Part shown: positions 26,146 to 35,181 of the stretch, in pieces
Layout: each line of letters begins with the position of its first letter
Position numbering within the stretch: the stretch's first letter is position 1
Origin: a virus
Lineage: Duplodnaviria > Caudoviricetes
Direction: 5' to 3' (one strand)
Length of the DNA: 61,117 bases
Virus record (IMG/VR): IMGVR_UViG_3300044878_000080
Coordinates: 1-61,117 of that record
Program-made: the position numbers and the translations under genes
Notes under the pieces: model-generated
The model's database searches: none
Seen by the model: only the letters and a program-made list of their open reading frames with translations
Told to the model about the DNA's origin: nothing

Positions 26146-26550
26146 TTGGAAGACAGGAACCTTGCGGGGCTGCGCCTCGCCAAGCAGTATTGGATGGACA
26201 GCCGCAACGCTGACCGCAAAATCAAGCTGGACATGGCCCGTGATCTGCATGGCTTTGAGCTGTTCAGCCTCAACCAGCTTGCCAAGATTGTCCGTATCAA
26301 CGTCAAGTTCATTGCGGCCAGCCTGAAGAAGAACGCTACCGGGGGCAAGTTTGAGCCCGAAGCCCTGAGCACACTCGTGGCTATCCGCCAGCTTCAGCTC
26401 ACCCGGGGCGAGCGTGTGCCCAAGTCCCTGCTCAGGATCGCGTTGGAGAGTGACACGTCATTCTCTTGCGTGGTGCGTCTCACTGGGATAAGCTACGGTT
26501 CGTACTACAAAGACGTCCCCGCCGCACACAGGAGAGAAGCAAATGACTAA
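26146..26550 (+). CDS. Hypothetical DNA-binding protein
   Basis: LFSLNQLAKIVRI HTH-like segment. Confidence 0.7.
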   Translation: MEDRNLAGLRLAKQYWMDSRNADRKIKLDMARDLHGFELFSLNQLAKIVRINVKFIAASLKKNATGGKFEPEALSTLVAIRQLQLTRGERVPKSLLRIALESDTSFSCVVRLTGISYGSYYKDVPAAHRREAND

Positions 26551-26725
26551 GACTAAGGCCATAGAGGTGCTGGAACAGCACATTCAGGCCCAGCGCAACA
26601 AGCGCTGTGTTTGCGGTTGGAGGCCTGACTACTCGGCAGTGAAGGGGAACGAGCTTCTCCCCGAGTATCGGCAGCACCGTGAGCACGTAGCGGACATGCT
26701 GGAAGCAGCGGAGGTGCTTAAGTGA
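26543..26725 (+). CDS. Small Zn-binding protein
   Basis: H...CVCG...H...H. Confidence 0.7.
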   Translation: MTKTKAIEVLEQHIQAQRNKRCVCGWRPDYSAVKGNELLPEYRQHREHVADMLEAAEVLK

Positions 26726-26907
26726 GCGACAAGGTACCCACCGCCAAGGTCTATGTGCTGAAGAACCCCAAGGTGGGTGACCCGGAGTACGACTGGAAAG
26801 TGGGATTCATCACTTGGGGTGACGTGTTCCTTGTGGTCAAGGACTGCAAGACGTTTGAAGAGGCGTGGGAATGGCTCTATGCCAACTACAAGAGGGAGAC
26901 CCCGTGA
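26722..26907 (+). CDS. Hypothetical protein
   Basis: GGAGG RBS, GTGA overlap. Confidence 0.65.
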   Translation: MSDKVPTAKVYVLKNPKVGDPEYDWKVGFITWGDVFLVVKDCKTFEEAWEWLYANYKRETP

Positions 26908-26915
26908 GGGAACAC

Positions 26916-26999
26916 TTGAAGACGTGGGTTTACACCTACATTGTTCTGGCAGGAATCGCTGGAATGTTCGCCGGTTCGTGGATGAGGTTGCACGGTTGA
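26916..26999 (+). CDS. 27-aa single-TM peptide
   Basis: MKTWVYTYIVLAGIAGMFAGSWMRLHG; TTGA overlap with the polA start. Confidence 0.5.
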   Translation: MKTWVYTYIVLAGIAGMFAGSWMRLHG

Positions 27000-29218
27000 G
27001 GGCTTACCTACAGTCCCAGCAGGACGTAGAACCGGGTGTCATTGCGCTGCTGAAGAAGGCCAAGGAAATCTCTGGCATTGAAGAGACCATTGACTTCACA
27101 CCCCTGCCTGAGCACCCCGCACGCAACGTCCCGGTGCTGAGCCTTGGCCCTATGGCCGAGAAGGTATTCAACCACACGGTGAACGCACCATCTGTGGCTG
27201 CGCTCATGTCCAAGAATGACAGCCTCTCACGGCTCTCTGACGCCCTCAAATTGCTCGCTGGTGGAATTACCCTGCCCAAGATGGAATACACCGTCTGTGC
27301 CAACGTCAGAGACGTGCATGACACCCTCTGGGGCTTTGATCCGAAGTCTCCTGTGGTGCTGGACATTGAAACGTCTGGTGACGTGGAAGTTGACCTGCCG
27401 GAATTTGACCGGATTATCAGCATTGCGCTCTACGACGGCACCGGCAACGTTGTTGTCATCCCTGAAGAGCTTCTGCGCTTGCAAGAGGTAGAAGACATGC
27501 TGGGGCCGTGGCTTCCGGGCAGTTACATTGTCGCCCACAATGAGAAGTTCGACCTTCCGTACTTCCCCGAGCGCCCGCCTACGGCTCAGCGGTTCGATCC
27601 GATGGTGGCCCATTACGTGATGTTCCCGGCAGGGAGCACACACGGTTTGAAAGAGCTGTGTGAGCAGTATTTCGGCGTCGGTGACTGGGATGACGCACTC
27701 AAGCAGTACACCACCGGGAAGACCTACACGGAGGACGGTACGGGGGAAGACGGCGTGTGGTGGGATGCTCGCAAGTACAGCAGCGGCTCAGGGTACGAAC
27801 GTATCCCGCGCTCGCTGCTTTACGAGTACAATGCCTACGACGTTTTCTACACATGGCACCTGTTCCTCCTGCTCAGCGACATGCTGAACACCACCGGCAA
27901 GTGGGCTGTGTTCGCGCGGCGCATGGAAGTCTCTGGCATGTTCATGGACATTGAGCAGAAGGGCTTCACAATTGACCGTGACCACCTGTTGAAGCTCAAG
28001 GTCATGCTTGAGGCTGACTTCAAGCGCGCACTGGAAGAGCTGGAAACCATTGCAGGCTACCCTGTCAATCCCAACTCACCCATGCAGATTCACAAGTGGT
28101 TCAATGAGCGCGGGCAGGAGCTTCCCCGGCTGCGGGAAAAGGATGCCAAGGGCAGGATCACGGTCAAGCCCCGCACGTCTGCAAAGGCCATGGAAATTGT
28201 CATGGAGAACGCCAAGGGCAAGTACGATGGTCAGTCGCTTGAGTTCGTTGAGAAGCTGCTAGAGCTGCGCGGCATCACAAAGAACCTTGGCACCTACGTG
28301 AACGGCTTCCTTGACCGAGCACACGGGAACACGGTTCACACGACGTTCAACGTCACCGGGCCTATGACAGGGCGCATTGCCAACCGTGGGGCTGGCATCC
28401 TCACCATTCCGCGAGACAAGACGTACCGCAAGATGGTGGTTCCCAGCGGTCCGGGCCGTGTGCTCGTGAAGCCTGACTACGGCCAGCTTGAAATGCGTCT
28501 CGTGAGCTTCTTCAGCATGGACCCGCGCTTTGTCGCTGCGTTCCAGCCGGGGATGCCTGACTTCTTCACACAGATGATGCCCGAGGTCTACCCGGACGTT
28601 GACCTGTCCTCGCTGACCAAAGAGGAACACGCGGCGTTGCGTAACGGCGTCAAGCCTATCTCGCACGGTGCCAACTACGGCAGGCAGTACGCGGCCATTG
28701 CGGCTCAGCTCAAGATGGACGTGAACGAAGCCAAGGAAATCTATGACCGCTACATGGGTCCGTTGGACGTGGGTCTGTACCCATGGCAGCAGGGCATCCG
28801 TGAGGCCGCGAGCAGCAACGGTGAGATTGTGACGCCTTACGGCTGGCACTATCAGGCTGAGGTCATCACGGAGAAGAACCGCAACAGCGTGGAAAACTCA
28901 GCGCTGGCCTTTGGTCCTCAAAGCACAGGCAACGACATTTGCTTGGGCGCTGCGTTGAACGCACACCCCCAGTTGGCTCAGTACGATGCTTGGATTGTGG
29001 CCACGGTCCATGACCAGATCATTGCGGACAGCCCCATTGAACATGCCACGACTGTTGGCAAGCTGCTGGAAGCCGAAATGCTGGCTGAGGGCAAGCGTGT
29101 CGTGGGTGATGTGCTCGTGTTTGAGGCAGCGCCCGAGTACGGCTTCAACTGGGCTGAGAAGATGGATCAGCCTGAGTGGGACGCATGGCTTATTGAAAAT
29201 AGTTACGCCACTGCGTAG
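26996..29218 (+). CDS. polA: Family A DNA polymerase with 3'-5' exonuclease
   Basis: ExoI LDIET, ExoII HNEKFD, ExoIII YNAYD; motif A DYGQLEMR, B RNGVKPISHGANYG, C VHDQ; likely TTG start 26996. Confidence 0.95.
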   Translation: MRAYLQSQQDVEPGVIALLKKAKEISGIEETIDFTPLPEHPARNVPVLSLGPMAEKVFNHTVNAPSVAALMSKNDSLSRLSDALKLLAGGITLPKMEYTVCANVRDVHDTLWGFDPKSPVVLDIETSGDVEVDLPEFDRIISIALYDGTGNVVVIPEELLRLQEVEDMLGPWLPGSYIVAHNEKFDLPYFPERPPTAQRFDPMVAHYVMFPAGSTHGLKELCEQYFGVGDWDDALKQYTTGKTYTEDGTGEDGVWWDARKYSSGSGYERIPRSLLYEYNAYDVFYTWHLFLLLSDMLNTTGKWAVFARRMEVSGMFMDIEQKGFTIDRDHLLKLKVMLEADFKRALEELETIAGYPVNPNSPMQIHKWFNERGQELPRLREKDAKGRITVKPRTSAKAMEIVMENAKGKYDGQSLEFVEKLLELRGITKNLGTYVNGFLDRAHGNTVHTTFNVTGPMTGRIANRGAGILTIPRDKTYRKMVVPSGPGRVLVKPDYGQLEMRLVSFFSMDPRFVAAFQPGMPDFFTQMMPEVYPDVDLSSLTKEEHAALRNGVKPISHGANYGRQYAAIAAQLKMDVNEAKEIYDRYMGPLDVGLYPWQQGIREAASSNGEIVTPYGWHYQAEVITEKNRNSVENSALAFGPQSTGNDICLGAALNAHPQLAQYDAWIVATVHDQIIADSPIEHATTVGKLLEAEMLAEGKRVVGDVLVFEAAPEYGFNWAEKMDQPEWDAWLIENSYATA

Positions 29219-29263
29219 TGGTGTATCCTGTAGTAGTTGAGAGAAATAACCGTTAGGGAGAAA

Positions 29264-30283
29264 TTGACACACATCGCACTTGACCTTTTTTCGGGGCACG
29301 GCTGGGGAGTCGCGTTGAACAAGTTGGGCGTACACGAATACGCTGTGGACAACATGCCCGAGGTGAATCAGACCCGGCTGGCCAATGGAATGTCAGCGGT
29401 CACGTATGAAAACGTCTGGGACGTGGACAAGGCAGAGGGGCTGGTTTTTGACACCCTCATTGCGTCCCCGCCTTGCCAGACATTCAGCACAGCCAACTCA
29501 AACGGCACTGGGCGTCAGGCTCTTGATCAGATCATTGCGCTTATCAAGGCCAAGGCGTACAAGAGCGTTGACGAGCTGCGCGCGGCGGGGGAGGAACTGG
29601 GGGATGACCGTACCGCGCTGGTGCTGGCTCCGCTGCACTACATTCACCGCTTCCTGCCCGAGTACGTGGTGCTTGAGCAGGTTCCCACCGTCCTCCCCGT
29701 CTGGGAAGCCTACAAGCCCGTACTGGAAGAACTGGGCTACAACGTCTGGACTGGTGTGCTGAAGGCTGAGCAGTACGGCGTTCCTCAGACCCGCAAGCGA
29801 GCTATCCTGCTTGCAAGCAAGCACACCACTGTCAGCAAGCCCGAGCCGACACACAGCCAGTATTTCAACCGTGAGCCGTACCGTCTGGATGCTGGCCTGC
29901 CGTCGTGGGTGTCCATTGAGGATGCACTGGGCCGTCAGGAAATCCCCACCACGGGTGAGAAGGTCAACTACCTGAAGCTGGGCAAGCAGAAGGGTCAGGC
30001 CATCCGTAGGGTGGACACCCCGGCACCGACGCTCGCGTTCGGCAATGACCACGGCACACCCCGTTGGTTCAACAGCCGGGACCACGCTGACGCTTGGAAG
30101 ACGTTCCCCGAGGACTGGATTCACGACGTGGTAGACAAGTTCTCCCTTGAGGAAGCAGGGGTGCTTCAGAGCTACCCCAAGGGCTTCACCTTTGAGGGAA
30201 ACACGATGCTGAAGTTCCGGCAGATCGCCAATTCCGTACCCCCTGTGCTTGCAGAGGCCATTCTGAAGGAAGTTTGGAAATAG
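29264..30283 (+). CDS. C5-cytosine DNA methyltransferase
   Basis: DLFSG, SPPCQTFS, LEQV, YGVPQTRKR, QIANSVPP. Confidence 0.9.
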   Translation: MTHIALDLFSGHGWGVALNKLGVHEYAVDNMPEVNQTRLANGMSAVTYENVWDVDKAEGLVFDTLIASPPCQTFSTANSNGTGRQALDQIIALIKAKAYKSVDELRAAGEELGDDRTALVLAPLHYIHRFLPEYVVLEQVPTVLPVWEAYKPVLEELGYNVWTGVLKAEQYGVPQTRKRAILLASKHTTVSKPEPTHSQYFNREPYRLDAGLPSWVSIEDALGRQEIPTTGEKVNYLKLGKQKGQAIRRVDTPAPTLAFGNDHGTPRWFNSRDHADAWKTFPEDWIHDVVDKFSLEEAGVLQSYPKGFTFEGNTMLKFRQIANSVPPVLAEAILKEVWK

Positions 30284-30353
30284 CGTTGACAGGGAAATAA
30301 ATAGGCATTACAGTAGGTGGTACAGGCAAACAGCTTGTACCACCTACTTTTGT

Positions 30354-30731
30354 TTGGAGCACGAAATGAAGAAGACCTACTGCGTACCGGCTGCGCTCAG
30401 CAACAACGGCACCTTCCAGCACAAGGTGGACAAGTTCTGGGACTGGATCGAAGGCAGGTACCAGACGGATGAGCTGTGGCGCGTTGCTGCCAACGGTGAC
30501 ATGATCCTTGAGGTGGACGAAGCACTGCTGGTGAAACTCCTTGGGGATGACGGGACCAAGGCTTACGAGGACTTTGACGCCTACGAAGAGCACAGCCCGG
30601 AGGCCGCTGCTTGGGAGTGGCATGACCTCCCCTATGATCTGCTGGGTACCTACATCATCAAGGGTGTCTATGATGCCAGCCAGCGTCTCGTGGACGGCGA
30701 GCGCTCCTACTTCTTCGTACAGGGAGCCTAA
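30354..30731 (+). CDS. Hypothetical acidic protein
   Basis: Own promoter TTGACA-N17-TACAGT; start may be ATG 30366. Confidence 0.7.
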   Translation: MEHEMKKTYCVPAALSNNGTFQHKVDKFWDWIEGRYQTDELWRVAANGDMILEVDEALLVKLLGDDGTKAYEDFDAYEEHSPEAAAWEWHDLPYDLLGTYIIKGVYDASQRLVDGERSYFFVQGA

Positions 30732-30735
30732 GACT

Positions 30736-30936
30736 GTGACCTGCACCAAGCGTTCATTCTGCAACAAGCACGAAGCCAAGGCCATGCTCCGAAGCGCCAA
30801 AGAGCGCAACGTTGAGCACCGGGCCGAGTGCCGTATCTACCGCTGTGACTCGTGCCGTTGCTGGCACCTCACGTCCATGCCCCTTGAAGAGTACGAAGCT
30901 CAGTTGGCTTCTGAAGACTTCATGAACCCAAACTAG
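30736..30936 (+). CDS. Small Zn-finger protein
   Basis: CTKR...YRCDSCRCWHLTS. Confidence 0.7.
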   Translation: MTCTKRSFCNKHEAKAMLRSAKERNVEHRAECRIYRCDSCRCWHLTSMPLEEYEAQLASEDFMNPN

Positions 30937-30944
30937 GAGCATTT

Positions 30945-31037
30945 TTGGATACTAATACAGCAGTTGTCCTGTTGGTAGGGATCATATGGAGTCCCGTCAT
31001 CATCCTCATAGTCGTAGCCCTTTGGAGAAAAAAGTGA
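30945..31037 (+). CDS. 30-aa single-TM peptide
   Basis: AGGAG RBS; MDTNTAVVLLVGIIWSPVIILIVVALWRKK. Confidence 0.55.
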   Translation: MDTNTAVVLLVGIIWSPVIILIVVALWRKK

Positions 31038-31321
31038 CTGAAGTACCGGATTTGTGCGGAGACCTTGTAGGCGTGGGCGACACGATTGCCTACGCGGCCA
31101 CAGACGGACGTTCGGGTGGCTTGCGTGTCGGCAAGGTAGTCGAAATTGTACCTGAGCACGAGGGGTTTGAACGCTGGGATAAGGCCAAGGAATACGGCCA
31201 TACCGTGCCCACGAAGCTCAAGGTGTCTGTAGAGCACACCAGTGGTCTTTACAGCGGAGTTGAGGGCAAGACAACCCTTATTCAGGCTAGCTTCAAGAGG
31301 TTCGTCAAGGTAGGTGCGTAG
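31034..31321 (+). CDS. SH3-like hypothetical protein
   Basis: GDLVGVGDTIAYA...GKVVEI. Confidence 0.7.
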   Translation: MTEVPDLCGDLVGVGDTIAYAATDGRSGGLRVGKVVEIVPEHEGFERWDKAKEYGHTVPTKLKVSVEHTSGLYSGVEGKTTLIQASFKRFVKVGA

Positions 31322-31584
31322 TGAGCATTTTCCTTGGCAAGACAATCAAATGTCGCAAGTGCAAGACTAAGAACTTCAAGCAGGACGTGTACCGCTACTG
31401 GCACAACGTGGACTGCGTTGAGAGCATCATTAGTCCCAATGACTTGATTGACATTGCTTGGGTCAAGAACTGGTGGATTTGCAGCCGCTGTAAGCCGGTG
31501 ACGACGGGGGATTTCAAGCTCCACGACATTGACGGCTGGACGTACTTCCTGAGCTGGAAGTTCCCCTTTGTGAGGCGCGGATAG
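31321..31584 (+). CDS. Zn-ribbon hypothetical protein
   Basis: CRKC...CSRC. Confidence 0.65.
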   Translation: MSIFLGKTIKCRKCKTKNFKQDVYRYWHNVDCVESIISPNDLIDIAWVKNWWICSRCKPVTTGDFKLHDIDGWTYFLSWKFPFVRRG

Positions 31585-31919
31585 TGCCCGAAGTTTGCTC
31601 TAACGGCCACGTAAGAACCGAAGAGAACACCACTTGGCACAAGGATGGTAGCAGGGTGAGGCAGCGTTGTAAGGACTGCAAGAGCCTGTACATGCGTAGA
31701 GCGCGTCCTGACGGTCCCAGCGCCTCTGAGATGAGGCGTCAGGCTACTGACTTCCTCCATGAAGACATTGAAGACCTGCTCAAGTTCGGTGCCACGTATG
31801 CGGAAATCATTGAGCGTGGCGGGTACTGTGACTGGAACACCATGCAGAAATCGTTGAAGCGGCGTGGCAGGACTGACCTGCTGGAAGCAATGCGAGAGAA
31901 GAAGAGAGCAGCAATTTGA
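31584..31919 (+). CDS. CxxGH/CxxC Zn-domain plus HTH-like protein
   Basis: CSNGH...RCKDC, as in the C-terminal domain of the 60201 HNH. Confidence 0.7.
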   Translation: MPEVCSNGHVRTEENTTWHKDGSRVRQRCKDCKSLYMRRARPDGPSASEMRRQATDFLHEDIEDLLKFGATYAEIIERGGYCDWNTMQKSLKRRGRTDLLEAMREKKRAAI

Positions 31920-32392
31920 CATACATACTCGGGGTAGACCCCGGACTCGCAAGTGGAATGGCGCTCTACGACTTGGAGACGTGCAAGGTGGTGAAGACCT
32001 ACGAAGCACCCAAGGGTATCTACGGATTCCGAGACGATTTCCTGAGACTGCTAGACCCGTCCAAGGACGTGCGCGTGGCCTGTGAGGGCTTTACGCTACG
32101 GTCCAGTAACAAGTTCACGGCTGACCTGTCTGGGGTGGAGATTATCGGCTGGCTGAAGGGCGAGGGCTTCTGTGAGACGTTCCCCGAGCCTGTACAGCAC
32201 ATGACCATCACCCGTCTGCGGAAGAACAAGGACGACTACAAGAAATCTGTCATCACGCAGATGATGAAGGATGCCGGTTTCCCAATTGGGGCTGGGCATA
32301 ATAGGATGGGGTTGTCAGTCGCGGTTTGGTACGCGGCTATGGTGCTCAAGCACCGCCCTACTTTGGAAATGCTGAAAGCGAGAGACAAATAG
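31916..32392 (+). CDS. RuvC-like Holliday junction resolvase
   Basis: ILGVDPGLASG, VACEGF. Confidence 0.75.
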   Translation: MTYILGVDPGLASGMALYDLETCKVVKTYEAPKGIYGFRDDFLRLLDPSKDVRVACEGFTLRSSNKFTADLSGVEIIGWLKGEGFCETFPEPVQHMTITRLRKNKDDYKKSVITQMMKDAGFPIGAGHNRMGLSVAVWYAAMVLKHRPTLEMLKARDK

Positions 32393-32601
32393 TGTCACGA
32401 GAGACAAGAACTGACTTCCCCGGAGCGTTCCGTGTAGTCATTGATGACAACGGCTGGGTCACGTACAAGGGTCCGTATCAGACCCTTGGAGCGGCCAAGG
32501 GGCAGCTCACTCAGGCGGTTGACGGGTGGTACGCCCGCAAGGGCAAGACAGGTTATGTCGAGAAGACGCCTGACGGCGCATGGGAAAAGGTGGAGAACTA
32601 A
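32392..32601 (+). CDS. Hypothetical protein
   Basis: GPYQTLGAAKGQ; coupled start. Confidence 0.65.
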   Translation: MSRETRTDFPGAFRVVIDDNGWVTYKGPYQTLGAAKGQLTQAVDGWYARKGKTGYVEKTPDGAWEKVEN

Positions 32602-32602
32602 A

Positions 32603-32827
32603 TTGATTGCTACGGTCTCAACTGTAGAGTGTGTCCTGTGCCACAAGACGCACCTTGAAACCCCGGCAGAGCGCATGTGCCGGAACCGGGAAGGCATCAT
32701 GGTCATGGGCTACGACGCCCACGACTGGACGTATAACCGCGAGCTGTACAAAGGGGTGTACAGTGTTGTTTGCAAGAAAACGCATGACGACATTCTTGCC
32801 CCGAAACTGACGAGAGTGGAGAGCTAG
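32603..32827 (+). CDS. Hypothetical Cys-containing protein
   Basis: GGAG RBS, TTG start. Confidence 0.55.
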   Translation: MIATVSTVECVLCHKTHLETPAERMCRNREGIMVMGYDAHDWTYNRELYKGVYSVVCKKTHDDILAPKLTRVES

Positions 32828-32831
32828 AAAA

Positions 32832-33269
32832 TTGACTGAATTCAAAGTTGGGGACTGGGTAGAAATCACCGGCTGGGGAGGCTCGAACGGTACGAAGCTT
32901 CAGATCAGGGAAGTACCGACTCCCGAGGACAGGTTCTATAGGTTTGAGGGCAAGGACAACTACTACGGCTTCACGGACACGTACCTGAAGGCTTCCAAAG
33001 CCCTCAAAGCTGCCAAGGCAGCACACCCGTCCAAAGGCAAGGTTGACGTGGTGAACGATCCGGTCAACAAGCCAGCTCACTACACCCAGTACCCTGTTGA
33101 GGTCATTGAGCTGACCCGTCACATGTCCTTCAACCGGGGCAACGCTGTCAAGTACGTGGCTCGCGCTGGCTTCAAGGACAAGGCCACAGAGAAGCAGGAC
33201 ATTGAGAAGGCAATCTGGTACCTTCAGGATGACCTCAAGGAACTTGAGCGCAAGGCGGCTGCTAAGTGA
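32832..33269 (+). CDS. DUF3310 (SaV/T7 gp1.7-like) protein
   Basis: DPVNKPAHY, FNRGNAVKYVARAG.K, DIEKAIWYL. Confidence 0.85.
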   Translation: MTEFKVGDWVEITGWGGSNGTKLQIREVPTPEDRFYRFEGKDNYYGFTDTYLKASKALKAAKAAHPSKGKVDVVNDPVNKPAHYTQYPVEVIELTRHMSFNRGNAVKYVARAGFKDKATEKQDIEKAIWYLQDDLKELERKAAAK

Positions 33270-33379
33270 GCGAACTGGAAGCCAACGTAACTGGCGGTCT
33301 CATCGTTGCGGCTTGTGTGCTGTACATGGTCTACATGTACAAGGTAACTTGGAACGACAAATGGCCTTGGCCGTGGTAG
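33266..33379 (+). CDS. 37-aa single-TM peptide
   Basis: MSELEANVTGGLIVAACVLYMVYMYKVTWNDKWPWPW. Confidence 0.5.
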   Translation: MSELEANVTGGLIVAACVLYMVYMYKVTWNDKWPWPW

Positions 33380-33597
33380 CCTCAGCGACGTGTGAGGTGC
33401 CCACGACTCAGGCAGGCAAGGGCCATGTGCCTGAAGAGAACCTTGACCGCTACCGCTCGCTGGCACGAGTTGCACGCCAGCTTGACTCGCTGGGCAACAC
33501 CCTAAATGGCAAGGGTGAGTACGAAGACGGTACGGCCATGTGGGCGCTGTCTCAGAAATACTGGGGCAAGGCCAACGCATTGCGGGTGGACCTATGA
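33373..33597 (+). CDS. Hypothetical protein
   Basis: Last gene before the convergent terminator; start uncertain. Confidence 0.5.
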   Translation: MVASATCEVPTTQAGKGHVPEENLDRYRSLARVARQLDSLGNTLNGKGEYEDGTAMWALSQKYWGKANALRVDL

Positions 33598-33603
33598 TTG
33601 AAT

Positions 33604-33644
33604 AAAAGAAGGCCTTGACCGGAGTAGCGGTCAAGGCCTTCTTT
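33604..33644. terminator. Bidirectional terminator where the two genome arms converge
   Basis: AAAGAAGGCCTTGACCG-gagtag-CGGTCAAGGCCTTCTTT. Confidence 0.85.
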
Positions 33645-33648
33645 GTGT

Positions 33649-33756
33649 CTACTTACCGCAACGGTAGCAGCGTATTCGATACACGATAGACGGGGCCAGC
33701 CGGTAGGTGGCAAATAGCTCCCAGTCATGCCTGCCAAACCAACACAGGAGCCTCAA
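33649..33756 (-). CDS. 35-aa Zn-binding peptide (DUF1660-like)
   Basis: MRLLCWFGRHDW...RCYRCGK; TTGA overlap. Confidence 0.55.
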   Translation of the reverse strand: MRLLCWFGRHDWELFATYRLAPSIVYRIRCYRCGK

Positions 33757-34571
33757 CCGATAGCTCGTGTCTTCAGCTTTGTGGAGCGCACACGCGTCCC
33801 TCTGAGCCATTTGCCACAGCCAGTACAGGCGTAGCCGTGGTAGGCCGTCACATGTGCCACGGAGAGCTTGTGGTCGATGTTCTCAGGGTCAACCGACGTG
33901 CCACAGTTCGGGCAGGCCCACGCATCCCCGATCCAGATTCCCCGGTGCGGGTGGTTCGGAATCCATGGGAGCACACGGTCATACAGCTTCTCGGTGAGAA
34001 CCACGTCCTGCTTGCAGTATTTCTCCATGAGCTTCCACGCGGCGGGGTCACCGTCAAGGCAGCGTACCCAGAGGTCATGGCCGGTGTGGGAGGTCTTTGA
34101 CCCCAGCCCGAACTGCTGGGCAAGGAAGTCCAGCTTGTTCGACGTGAACCGGAACTGCTTACGGGCTACCCGGAGCAGGTCAACGTTCTTGTAGGGCTTG
34201 TTCGGCCCAAGTCCCAAGAGCACAGACTCCCTGTTGATGTGCGGGAGGTCAAACCCTACGTGGTTGAAGCCAACCACAATGTCAGCTTCATCCAGCAGTG
34301 CGTGTGTCTGCTCCACCATTGCTGCGTGGCCCTCTACGTGGTCACTGATGAAGTGTGGCTGCTTCTCGTGGTACCACTTGTAGCCGACGCCGAACGTGTA
34401 GGCAGGCTTGATGATCTGGTTGACACCGATGTTCTGCTTGAACAGGCCCCACGTATGCACGAGGTTCGGCGCGTTCTCAATGTCAATCGTGAGCACACGC
34501 ACGTCCTGTGCTGCCAGTTGCTTGTGCATCTTGGCGGTCCGGGCTTCCATAGCCTTCAGTAGCTCGCTCAC
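33753..34571 (-). CDS. RNase H-fold (DnaQ-like) exonuclease with C-terminal Zn ribbon
   Basis: TIDIE, VGFNHVGFD, YCKQDV, CPNCG...CTGCG. Confidence 0.85.
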   Translation of the reverse strand: MSELLKAMEARTAKMHKQLAAQDVRVLTIDIENAPNLVHTWGLFKQNIGVNQIIKPAYTFGVGYKWYHEKQPHFISDHVEGHAAMVEQTHALLDEADIVVGFNHVGFDLPHINRESVLLGLGPNKPYKNVDLLRVARKQFRFTSNKLDFLAQQFGLGSKTSHTGHDLWVRCLDGDPAAWKLMEKYCKQDVVLTEKLYDRVLPWIPNHPHRGIWIGDAWACPNCGTSVDPENIDHKLSVAHVTAYHGYACTGCGKWLRGTRVRSTKLKTRAIG

Positions 34572-34804
34572 TTGGAAGCCCTACGGTAGCGCCTAACGGA
34601 CGCTTCTGAGATGGAGTGACCCTGAGCCGTAAGAAGCTCTGCAAGGCCCTCATGCGTCCACTCACGGCTTCCCAGAGCCTCTAGCAGGGCTTGCTGCTCA
34701 GGCCCCGTAACCTCTGACAGGATTTGAGCCATTCGGCTCTTGGCTACAGGCTTGGGCTGGGGGTTTTTCAGTGCGTCAATCAGGCTCAATGCGAGTCCCT
34801 TCAC
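34568..34804 (-). CDS. Small HTH-like protein
   Basis: THEGLAELL...ISEASVRRYR. Confidence 0.7.
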   Translation of the reverse strand: MKGLALSLIDALKNPQPKPVAKSRMAQILSEVTGPEQQALLEALGSREWTHEGLAELLTAQGHSISEASVRRYRRASK

Positions 34805-34859
34805 ATAGCTACAGGTGTTCCGTCACCAGCGTAGCACACCCAGTCAAGTACCCGTCACC

Positions 34860-35137
34860 ATTTACTTGACATAACTACCGCTTTTTCAGGGGGGTAGTCT
34901 GTCTCTGTTCCATCTCACTATTTTCACTCATATGAATTTATATAATAATAAATACATATATAAGTTACCTCTAGTAGATACTGTTTTTGGACTTCCGCGA
35001 GATGTAGGGGTTTTCGTCGGAGTTATGTCAAGTAAATCGGTAACACATTTCATCGAGTTTATAACAACTTAGGGCACCCTAAGTAAGGATGCCCTAAGTT
35101 TCAACTTTTTGAAGTTTTTTCGATGAAATGCGTTACC
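34860..35137. repeat. Gene-free block with nested inverted repeats and copy 2 of the 29-bp element
   Basis: 17-bp perfect IR 34860-34876/35021-35037; 18-bp IR 35039-35056/35120-35137; 29-mer at 34942-34970. Confidence 0.85.
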
Positions 35138-35181
35138 CTACTTGCAACAGGCCGATGGGGGCAGTCTGTAGTCAAGTTCGG

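Noticed and set aside
26777-26995. N-terminal extension of PolA
   Set aside because: Overlaps two better-supported small genes; TTG 26996 with TTGA coupling is the more plausible start
26996-29218. Intein or intron in PolA, helicase or terminase
   Set aside because: Motif spacing and lengths are normal; no C...HN intein ends or split frames seen
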